Positions 7,457 to 15,800 of a DNA stretch of 22,583 nt are shown here, piece after piece. Source of the DNA: a candidate division WOR-3 bacterium (GTDB lineage: Bacteria; Hydrothermota; Tepidihabitantia; SM23-42; CAYGYG01); assembly GCA_965648915.1 (NCBI GenBank), contig CBFGIV010000037.1:1-22583 (forward strand). Reading direction: 5' to 3'. Position 1 is the first letter of the stretch; every line of letters begins with the position of its first letter. A program made the translations under genes and the position numbers. The notes under the pieces are model-generated. The model ran no database searches. It was not told the origin of the DNA and saw nothing but the letters and a program-made list of their open reading frames with translations.

Positions 7457-8466
7457 CTTAATATGCAGATATATTCTCGATAAGGTTGATTAAACTTAAG
7501 CATGTGATAGATAGTGCGGAGCATACTGCGGGCGACGGCAACGCGCGCCGTTCCTTTACCATGTTTCTGTGCCACACGGGTATAGAGACTCTTGTAACGG
7601 GCTGATTTATTCACTGCGTGCGTCGCACATTCGACCAGGATCCATCTCAACCATTTGGAACCCTGTTTGGTGATTGGACCGGTGTGCACTTTACCACCCG
7701 AGGCATGCATAATTGGTACCAGTCCCGCATAAGAACAAAGTTTCCCCGGGTTAGGAAAGCGCTTAATATCGCCGATCTCAGCAGCAATCAGCAAGCCCGA
7801 ATAGTAGCTAATCCCAGGATGGGTATCAAGGAGTCGGGCATAAGGATGCTCTTGGGCCTGGGTTTGAATGATTCTCTTCAGATTGGTAATCTGATCCTGG
7901 AGTGCTTCGGCCAAAGCAGTATAACTGGCAATGGCTTGTTGATAGCAAGCCCGGAAGGGGAGTGCATTTAACCAGCGCCGACTCCGTTTGCCAAAGATAT
8001 TGCTGTAGGGGCAGGAAAGGCCATTTTTCATAAGGATTGCCTGGACTCGATTCTTCAGGCGAGTCTGTTGAGCAATGAGGAAGGCATGGGTACGGAGGAT
8101 TTCGCGGAGATCCCTGGTCTTTTGATCCGGGATATAAGCGGTGGGCAGTAAATCGGTCCTTAAGAGGTGCGCCAAGATTTCCGAGCTGATCTTATCATTC
8201 ATGAGCCGGGCTGAGGCGATGGCTTTGGTCTTCAAGGGATGAGCAAGGAAGACATCGAGGTCATGGTCTTCAACCAGTTCGTAGAAGTAATACCAATTAC
8301 AGGTTGCCTCAATGGCGATCTTGGTCCGGGACGGGAGAGTGGTTAGATAATCGCTCAGGGTTTGCTGATCATTAGCAAGTCTGTTCCGGCGCTGCACCAC
8401 GCCGGTCTCATTCATCTCGGTAACAAACGAATAGTTCTTATGAAAATCGATACCGACGAACAACAT
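7405..8466 (-). CDS. IS110-family DEDD recombinase/transposase
   Basis: RuvC-like N-terminus: FVGIDFHK (D7), AIEATCNW (E53), MNDKISS (D91, S94). C-terminal Transposase_20 motifs: LDTHPGIS...IAAEIGDIKRF...YAGLVP..HASGG (S256)...ITKQGSKWLRWILVECA...ARVAVAR. AAGGAGGTG RBS. Confidence 0.96.
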   Translation of the reverse strand: MLFVGIDFHKNYSFVTEMNETGVVQRRNRLANDQQTLSDYLTTLPSRTKIAIEATCNWYYFYELVEDHDLDVFLAHPLKTKAIASARLMNDKISSEILAHLLRTDLLPTAYIPDQKTRDLREILRTHAFLIAQQTRLKNRVQAILMKNGLSCPYSNIFGKRSRRWLNALPFRACYQQAIASYTALAEALQDQITNLKRIIQTQAQEHPYARLLDTHPGISYYSGLLIAAEIGDIKRFPNPGKLCSYAGLVPIMHASGGKVHTGPITKQGSKWLRWILVECATHAVNKSARYKSLYTRVAQKHGKGTARVAVARSMLRTIYHMLKFNQPYREYICILRNSGQRLGVMTVKGPQI

Positions 8467-8527
8467 AATTGCACCTCCTTAGTGCTTGAAAAACCATTAT
8501 GCACTTTAAGTATATCCTTAAACTCAA

Positions 8528-8546
8528 GAGATGCAATTTTTTCATA
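8528..8546 (-). repeat. Subterminal inverted repeat, left end (5' of the recombinase)
   Basis: GAGATGCAATTTTTTCATA pairs with 7255-7273. Confidence 0.92.
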
Positions 8547-8605
8547 ACATCAAATCTCTACATTCTATGACCCCATTCCCATTCTGAAGAGAAGAGTTTC
8601 ATATC

Positions 8606-9502
8606 TTACAGAAGAAATATCAAGGCTACTCCAATCAGGGCGATGATTGTGCCAAGAATCGCAGAAAATGGGATCTTCTCCTTAAAGACCAGAGCAGAGA
8701 GGGGGATCAAGATTACTGGTGGTAAAGCCATCAGAGTCGAGGCAATGCCAATATAGGTATACTTAACTGCAACCAGAGATAACCAGACACCGAGGAATGG
8801 CCCAAAGATAACGCCCGCACTGAGAAATTTTAATGCCCGGCGGTTATGGGCAACGCTCCGGATCGCAGGTAGAAAAGAATGGTCGATGAGCGAGTAGAGC
8901 CAGAGACAGATGGTGGCGAAAAGGATCCGGATCAGATTCCCGGAAAGGGGTGGAAGGTTTTCGGCCAGCCCTCTCTTTGAGAGGATCAAACCCAATGCCT
9001 GGCCTAAGGCAGCACCAAGACCGCAGAGCAAACCCATAAGATACAGTTTTTTTTCACCGGAATTTTCACCTCGAACGGTTATGACCATAGTAATACCGGA
9101 AAGGGTTATAATAATAGCCATAATTTTTATCCAGGCGAGTGTTTCGCCAAGAAAAATCCAGGCAATGACCACGCCAAAGATTGGTGCTAAAGACATCATC
9201 AGCATACTCAATCTTGGACCGACGAGGACAAATGACCGGAAGAGAAGGCTATCGCCAATCGAAAAACCAATTATTCCGGATAATCCAAACCAGAACCAGG
9301 TTGCCGGCGATGCGTTGAAAGGCAAAAGGTTACCATATAAGATGTAATTCATCAGCATAATGAGAAAGAATGCAAGGGTCAGACGGATCCGGTTGACGAC
9401 ACCGGAGCCAATCAACCTTGATGAAAGGGTAAAGAAGATTGAACCAAAAGACCAGCAGAATGATGTTGCAATGGCGGCAATTTCGCCCAGATAATTAATC
9501 AA
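8606..9502 (-). CDS. DMT superfamily / EamA-like transporter
   Basis: 298 aa with ~10 TM helices in two EamA repeats (GEIAAIATSFCWS...; SGIIGFSIGD...LVGPRLSML; FLGETL; VFKEKI). TTG start with GAGG RBS. Confidence 0.9.
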   Translation of the reverse strand: MINYLGEIAAIATSFCWSFGSIFFTLSSRLIGSGVVNRIRLTLAFFLIMLMNYILYGNLLPFNASPATWFWFGLSGIIGFSIGDSLLFRSFVLVGPRLSMLMMSLAPIFGVVIAWIFLGETLAWIKIMAIIITLSGITMVITVRGENSGEKKLYLMGLLCGLGAALGQALGLILSKRGLAENLPPLSGNLIRILFATICLWLYSLIDHSFLPAIRSVAHNRRALKFLSAGVIFGPFLGVWLSLVAVKYTYIGIASTLMALPPVILIPLSALVFKEKIPFSAILGTIIALIGVALIFLL

Positions 9503-9649
9503 GCGACCTCATTGACTGAAGTTAATATACTTTTAATCAAATTTAAGAATTAGATCTCAGGTGTAGCTAAGAGTTATATATTATATTGAAATACTGATAT
9601 TTTCAAGATTTTTTACATCATACTGCTGAATCGCCGTGCATTGCCTTAC

Positions 9650-11755
9650 TTAGAAATATATCAGATACTTAGCCTTTATTGCACCAACCTGATTTTGAAT
9701 TTTAAGTTTCTGCCCTTGATTGGTCCGGTAGTCATTCAAGGCAATATAAAGCCAGGATTTAGGTTTAAAATTATAAGAGAATAAAAAGCCAAAGCGGTTA
9801 GACAGATATCCAGTCTTACCAAGGTCTGTCCCCGGTGTATTAAAGACAAACTCATTGAATATTCCAAAGGTCATCGTGGGCGTGATGGTGATATCTATCC
9901 TTGGTGTTGCGGAGGGCCAGATTGAGATGATAGTATTTGTTGTATCCCATTCAATCCAGAAATAGGAATCAAATTCCATAGAGACCCTGGGCATAACCGT
10001 CCAGTAAAATCCGTGCCAGGTGTTTGCCTGATATGCAAGGAACCTACGATAGTAATTATAAGAATAATTCACATTACCACCAGCCCAGATATGGTATTGC
10101 GGTCCATTCCCCCAGATTGATAGATTTGCACAGCGGAATAAGAGACTTGTATCCGCCTCATAATATGGACCTGCCTCAAGTTCTATATTCCCACCCCAAT
10201 CATTCCTGAAATTGGGATTTAAACAGGCAAATCCTATCTTTGACCAATCTTCTTCACCAGGGCTCTGGACTAATGCACCGCCAAATCCAGTCCAGAGATT
10301 GCTCAGAAAACCCTTTTGATATATCTTAAATGGTCCGGTGGATAACATAATTTTCTTCATCCCTATCCAGGGCACATAACCAATATCCTGAACATCAAAT
10401 GAATCGCCAATCACCTGCACACCACCCATTGTCAAGAAGTTTTTGACAAACCCAAAATAACCCGAAGATACTGCCCAATCCCTTTTTCCAATTCTATCGC
10501 TCATTGCACCCTGAATGATAAATTGATTAGGTCCTGACCGATATACCCCATCAGCTCCAATCGCAAAATTATATGTATCTTTATTGACTGCTGTGCCACT
10601 GAATAATATCCCAATATCGGAATTTTCCAAAATGCCATATTTTGCACGGAAAACACCAAAACCACGCCCTGATTCAATGACTATGTTGCTATCTTTTACT
10701 TCATCAGTATAGGCACCAAATAATCCATAATTTAACTTTTCTGATTTACTCGTCAATTTTAATCCACCAATTATCGGCACAACCTTATTATTTATCGACT
10801 TTCCAATCCTGCGGGAATAGAAGATCCTTAAAGGCGAGAAGAAGCCCTTTCCTTCACCGAAATCCGACATTCTGAATATTTCGGAACCTTCAATGAAAAA
10901 CGGCCTTCGCTCGCTCAAATAGATTTCGTACCTTGATAAATTCAATGTGAACGGATCTGATTCAATCTGGGCAAAATCAGGAAATGCAGAGGCATTCAAG
11001 GTTGTCTGGGAGGTAATATCCCATTTGAAATTCAAACTGGCACTTGGTTTAATCTCACCGGAAAGTGTATCTATTTTATCATATCGCACGAATCCTTCAG
11101 GATAAATTTCAAAATAATATCCCTTTGCTCGGGGATTGATATTTTTCAATGTGCCAAATTTTGAAACAAGCATACCCTCCTTCTGTATGACCTCGGTCCA
11201 GTAATCAATTTCCTGTTTTGCTGGAATATAACGCTTAAAATTTACTCCCCATTCAGTCAGCCCCTTTTTGTAGCGAATTGATTTAAACGGAATATTTATT
11301 TCCACTTCATAATGGTCATCATAGGTCCTGGTTGCATAATACCAGACCCCATCCCAGGAATTGTCCTTTGTTCTGCCATCATCAAGCACCAGACCATCAC
11401 TATATATACCACTTATATGGACGGCAAAACTGTAGGCAGTCGTTTTACTTCCAAATGGGTCTAAATATAAAACGACTGCATCGTCATTAGAACACATCCG
11501 ATTCAAAGGTTTAGAATTTTTTGTCCAGCAGCGAAAGGCGACATAGAGATTATTCTCATCCTGCAGCACATAAACTACCGTATTATCCGATGGTCTTTCT
11601 TTTTCATAAGGCACACTCTGGATAAAATCATAGGCCGAATCCGCCTTAAGCCAGACTTCTTCAATAAATCCATCAATCACCGGCGCAGTCTCAGCAAACC
11701 GCACTTCAAGTGCCTTGCCATTTGCGGATATGAAAAACGCTAATAAAAGATTCAT
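9650..11755 (-). CDS. CBM9-like sugar-binding domain plus DUF5916 (probable outer-membrane beta-barrel) protein
   Basis: N-terminus APVIDGFIEEVW...QDENNLYVAFRC...LDPF...SWDGVW...YEVEINIPFKSIRY...WGVNF; middle PDFAQIESD...LSERRPFFIEG...FYSRRIG; amphipathic beta-strand C-terminus ending KAKYLIYF. Confidence 0.8.
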   Translation of the reverse strand: MNLLLAFFISANGKALEVRFAETAPVIDGFIEEVWLKADSAYDFIQSVPYEKERPSDNTVVYVLQDENNLYVAFRCWTKNSKPLNRMCSNDDAVVLYLDPFGSKTTAYSFAVHISGIYSDGLVLDDGRTKDNSWDGVWYYATRTYDDHYEVEINIPFKSIRYKKGLTEWGVNFKRYIPAKQEIDYWTEVIQKEGMLVSKFGTLKNINPRAKGYYFEIYPEGFVRYDKIDTLSGEIKPSASLNFKWDITSQTTLNASAFPDFAQIESDPFTLNLSRYEIYLSERRPFFIEGSEIFRMSDFGEGKGFFSPLRIFYSRRIGKSINNKVVPIIGGLKLTSKSEKLNYGLFGAYTDEVKDSNIVIESGRGFGVFRAKYGILENSDIGILFSGTAVNKDTYNFAIGADGVYRSGPNQFIIQGAMSDRIGKRDWAVSSGYFGFVKNFLTMGGVQVIGDSFDVQDIGYVPWIGMKKIMLSTGPFKIYQKGFLSNLWTGFGGALVQSPGEEDWSKIGFACLNPNFRNDWGGNIELEAGPYYEADTSLLFRCANLSIWGNGPQYHIWAGGNVNYSYNYYRRFLAYQANTWHGFYWTVMPRVSMEFDSYFWIEWDTTNTIISIWPSATPRIDITITPTMTFGIFNEFVFNTPGTDLGKTGYLSNRFGFLFSYNFKPKSWLYIALNDYRTNQGQKLKIQNQVGAIKAKYLIYF

Positions 11756-12188
11756 TATAAAACCTTATCGTTAAAGTAAACGGCGAAGTTTACTTTGTAA
11801 ATCCACAAATTAAATCTACGGGTCAACATCTGTTCCATATAAACTGTTCACGAGCCATTCACTTCTTCAACCACACCCTTACCCCACATGGGGAGAGGGA
11901 TTTTTTGGAAAAACAGAGTTTATATTATTTTTTCGCTTTACATTAAATATTACGCAAAAACCTCAAAAAAGTTTCATTATAGAGTATAATACTCATATTC
12001 AAAACTAAACAGATAGATGCACCTTTATAGCGCAAAATCTATTATATTCAGACCCCACGGCAGCTTAAGGGATCGCCAGAACTGCCCATTGATTTCTATG
12101 GATGGGAGGCTGACTATCCCGAGATAATTAAAAATGCTCGGGGTCAAGAAAATTGGCGATAAAAGCTGATTGATGGAGTGGATTTTTA

Positions 12189-12216
12189 TTGATTTGTAAT
12201 AAAATCGGTATATAAT
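12189..12216 (+). promoter_or_regulatory. sigma70-type promoter for the DedA gene, probably leaderless
   Basis: TTGATT(12189-12194)-16 nt-TATAAT(12211-12216); ATG at 12224 with no SD. Confidence 0.6.
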
Positions 12217-12223
12217 GTTTCAT

Positions 12224-12823
12224 ATGGGAGAATTTGATGAATTAACACCAGAAGATTCAAATGATGTTCTTCGCGCCCGGTTCTTTCCTTTTTTACTGAT
12301 AATTTTAGTGGTCGGGATAATGTTTGGCCTGTGCTATTTTTATCGAAATTTTCCGGAAAAGATCAACCTTCTTAAACATTATGGCTATATCGGCGCATTT
12401 CTTATCAGTCTATTCGGCAATGGCTCAATCTTTTTACCGGCAACAGTCTTACCCATCCTGACAAGTTTGAGTCTGACGTTTTTCCCGGTGACCGGTATTT
12501 TAGGACCGGTATTTATCGCTATTGCCGGGGGGGCAGGTGCCGCACTCGGTGAGACGGTTGGTTATACCCTGGGTTACAGCGGGCGAAAGATAATAATTAA
12601 AAAGAAGACCTATACCAGATTTGAACTCTGGGTTCGAAGATGGGGAGCGATAACGATCTTTGTCTTTTCCTTTGTTCCGTTCTTTTTCGATTTCGTCGGT
12701 CTGGCGGCTGGTGCTTTACATTTTCCCCTCTGGAAGTTTATCCTGATCAGTTTTATCGGCCGGACAATCTTCTATTTTTGTGTCTTTCTGGTTACCATCT
12801 TTGGAGTAATGAAACTTTTTTGA
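12224..12823 (+). CDS. DedA/VTT-domain (SNARE-associated) membrane protein
   Basis: YGYIGAFLISL...GAGAALGETVGYTLGYSGR...RRWGAITIFVFSFVP.FFDFVGLAAGAL...KFILISFIGR. Start moved from 12215, which overlaps the -10 box, to 12224. Confidence 0.85.
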   Translation: MGEFDELTPEDSNDVLRARFFPFLLIILVVGIMFGLCYFYRNFPEKINLLKHYGYIGAFLISLFGNGSIFLPATVLPILTSLSLTFFPVTGILGPVFIAIAGGAGAALGETVGYTLGYSGRKIIIKKKTYTRFELWVRRWGAITIFVFSFVPFFFDFVGLAAGALHFPLWKFILISFIGRTIFYFCVFLVTIFGVMKLF

Positions 12824-12839
12824 TCGGATGGTATTTAAT

Positions 12840-12867
12840 TTGACAAAGAGTTTTTTTAATATATAAT
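12840..12867 (+). promoter_or_regulatory. Consensus sigma70 promoter for the A2M-MFS-pbpC operon
   Basis: TTGACA(12840-12845)-16 nt-TATAAT(12862-12867), then AGGAGG and ATG 12884. Confidence 0.8.
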
Positions 12868-12883
12868 CATCTCAGGAGGCATA

Positions 12884-15800
12884 ATGAAAAAGATTTTACT
12901 ATGTTTCATCATTGTAATAACCGGTTTGATTTCCTGTCGTAAATCAGTAAAGAAGATTGACATCACCACTCAGAAGATTCTGGCCGGTGAGAAGATACCG
13001 TTAAGAGTAACCCATATTTCGCCGGTCGGTTCGGTCGAGGGGCGTATGGAGACTTTTAAGATTCTGATCGGTTTTAATCAGGCGATGACCGCGCTTCAGG
13101 CAATTCCCAGAGATGAGACCGATGGTCCGATTGAATTTAAACCGAAGATTAAAGGTAAATATCGATGGCTGGGGGCCAGGACCTTAAGTTTTATTCCGGC
13201 TGAAACCTTAAAACCCGCAACGCTGTTCCGGGCAAAGCTTAATAAGAACAAAATTCAGTCCCTTACCGGTATGCGTCTGGAACGGGATACCTCCTGGACT
13301 TTTGAGACGGTTCGACCCTATCTTAATACATCAATCCCATATCACAACGCCGAATTTATCAACACCCGAGCCAATATCTATTTATATTTCAATCTCGAGA
13401 TGCAGCCGAGAAGGGTCAGAGATCGGATTAAGATCTATGCCCATTATGGTAAGCCTTCCAATGTATGGTGTGGTCCCAAGAAGCCTTCTTCGCCTGAGCA
13501 CCGCGAGGAGATTAAATTCAAAATTAGGAATTTAAGTGATAAAGAGAAGAAGGATTGGCCTCTGAAAGAGTGGGAGAATAAGAAAGTTCTGGTTCTTACA
13601 CCCAAAAAGCCATTTCCACAGGAAGCTGAGATTGAAGTTCAACTCAAAGAGGGGCTGCTTGCCCGGGAAGGGGATCTCGGTCTGGCTGAAGATCGGAGTG
13701 TGACCTTTAGGACCTTCAATTTTTTGACCTTGATCGATCATTCAGAAAAGATACCGGCAGGCCGACCCATTAAATTCTGCTTTTCAAATGCAGTAAATAT
13801 TGAAGAGTTAGTAAAGAATATGGGAATCACACCACCGGTCAAAATTCCTGAAGAGTATCTGAGTCAGGACTATGGTTATACTGAGGTATATCTCTACCTG
13901 CCGTTTAAACCCAATTCATCCTATCGAATAACGATCAATAAGAACTTGAAAGACCAGTATGGCAATCGACTTGATAAAGATTACGATCTTACCCTCGAGG
14001 TTGGTGATTATCTCCCTTATGCGGATATACCAACCGGAATAAATGTAGTCGAGGGTAAAGGGGACCTTCGCCTGCCCGCGACCTTTTGCAATGTCGATGA
14101 AGTCCATCTTCAGCTCGGCACGGTAAATATCAATGAAGCGATACCATTTCTGAATAGCCCGGATATATTCAATCCGTATAAAAAATATGTTCGACCAGGA
14201 TTTTTCCGGATCAATCGCCCCTGGCGAACAGGCACCTTTACCAAATATCGAAACCGGCGAATCCGACTTCCGATCGAACTTAAAGAGGTGCTGGGCGGTA
14301 AGCAAAGTGGCCTGGTTTTTGTCCAATTTGATAATCTGGGGGCAAATCAGTGGAATCCCGATTATCGTTATCTCAAGTCTTTTCTCATCACCGGTGATCT
14401 CGGTATTACCTGGAAGTATTCACCGGAAAATAATCTGGTTTGGGTTACTTCACTCGCCAATACCCGGCCAGTCAGTGATGTAACAATTCAGCTCCGCGAT
14501 GACAATAACCGAATACTCTTTACTGGCACAACGGATATGAATGGTCTATGTGAACTGCCGGGATGGGCATCGGCATTAATCGAGGAGAAGCAGACCTATG
14601 AATATGAGAGTGAATATGAGATGGAATCTTACACGGAACGGTATGAACCAAAATTCTGGATTACTGCCGTTAAGAATGGAGAAGAGGCTGTTTATTCGAA
14701 CCGATGGCATTTTGGTATCGACCCCTGGCGTTTCGACATCTCATATAACTGGGAGCCGAGATCTGAAGAGTATGGCGCTGATCTCTTTACTGAAAAAGGT
14801 CTCTATAAATCAGGTGAGACGGTCTACATTAAAGGTATCATAAGAAAAAAACGGCGGGGAGAGTGGATTTTACCTGATCTATCTTCGGTAAAATTTATTG
14901 TAAAGAATTCACGGGGTATAGAGATTATTAATAAGACGGTTCGGGTAAATTCATTTGGTGCCTTTGTTGAAGAGATCAGCCTGCCGGTTGACGCCCCAAC
15001 CGGTTTATACTCAGTGTATGCAATCCTGCCTGGCAAAGATTATACCTTTAATACCACTTTCAATGTTGAGGCATTTCGTCCAGCAGAATTTGAGGTCAAG
15101 GTCAAGGCAGAAAAAGATACCTTTCTGGCAGATGAAATATTTAAAGGGACCGTGGTGGGCCGTTATCTCTTCGGGATGGGGATGAAAGAGGCTGATGTAG
15201 AATGGAATCTACGCAAGAGTAATTACTACCCCGACTATCCTCAGTATTCCGGTTATACGATTGGTCAATACTATTTTGAAGACTACGGTCGGGAGATTCT
15301 TGGTTCGGGACGGGGTAGATTGGATGTTAGTGGTGAGTTGAAGGTTGAGGTCCGACTGCCGGCTCAGGATATCAAGGTTCCGGCCCTGCTCACTCTCGAA
15401 GGCTCGGTAACCGCACCGAACCGGGTTACCCTTTCGGGTCGGCAGAACTGGATTCTCTTCCCATCGCATCTCCTTATTGGCCTGAAGACCGCCAGTTATC
15501 TCTATAAGATTGATGAACCGATAGAGATAAATTTGATCACAATAAGACCATCGGGTGAAAAGACATCGGGCCAAAAGGTCGATATCAGGATTGTTAAGGA
15601 AGAATGGAAGTCGATCAAAAAGGCGATGTTGGGTGGTAGATATGAATGGGTCTCAGAACTAATTAAAAAAGAGATTAAGAAGGAGCAGGTTATTAGTCGA
15701 CCAGATTCAACTCTGGTAAGATTTATTCCGGATGAGCCAGGCTATTACAATGTTCACGCGGAAACCCGAGATGAAAAGAATCGGTTATCGGTCTGCCAGA

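Larger units (their letters stand above)
7250..8552 (-). mobile_element. Complete IS110-family insertion sequence, IS1111 subgroup (1300 bp plus one extra TCA core)
   Basis: IS110 recombinase; 19-bp subterminal inverted repeats (18/19); TCA core at 7250-7252 and 8550-8552; non-coding region 3' of the gene. The predicted circle junction CAT-aacatcacct-ATG has a 10-nt spacing. Confidence 0.92.
7243..8577. repeat. Interrupted palindromic (REP-like) target element: arms AATGGGGTCA (7243-7252) and TGACCCCATT (8568-8577), split by the IS
   Basis: The arms are perfect 10-bp reverse complements. Removing the IS leaves AATGGGGTCA-aatctctacattcta-TGACCCCATT. Confidence 0.75.

Noticed and set aside
7240..8560. 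Classical target-site duplication, or a hybrid promoter formed across the circle junction
   Set aside because: The repeated TCA is better explained as the recombination core, and no convincing -35/-10 pair forms across the predicted junction.
11755..11838. 27-aa minus-strand uORF (MEQMLTRR...DKVL) whose TAA overlaps the DUF5916 ATG
   Set aside because: No SD and no recognisable leader-peptide signature; the downstream gene has its own AAGG. Compatible with chance.
12030..12090. Resemblance to a c-di-GMP-I riboswitch (CGCAAA) or glmS ribozyme (CGCCAGAACT)
   Set aside because: The other required conserved elements (GGCAAA..GAAA stem; GUUGACGAGG core) are absent.
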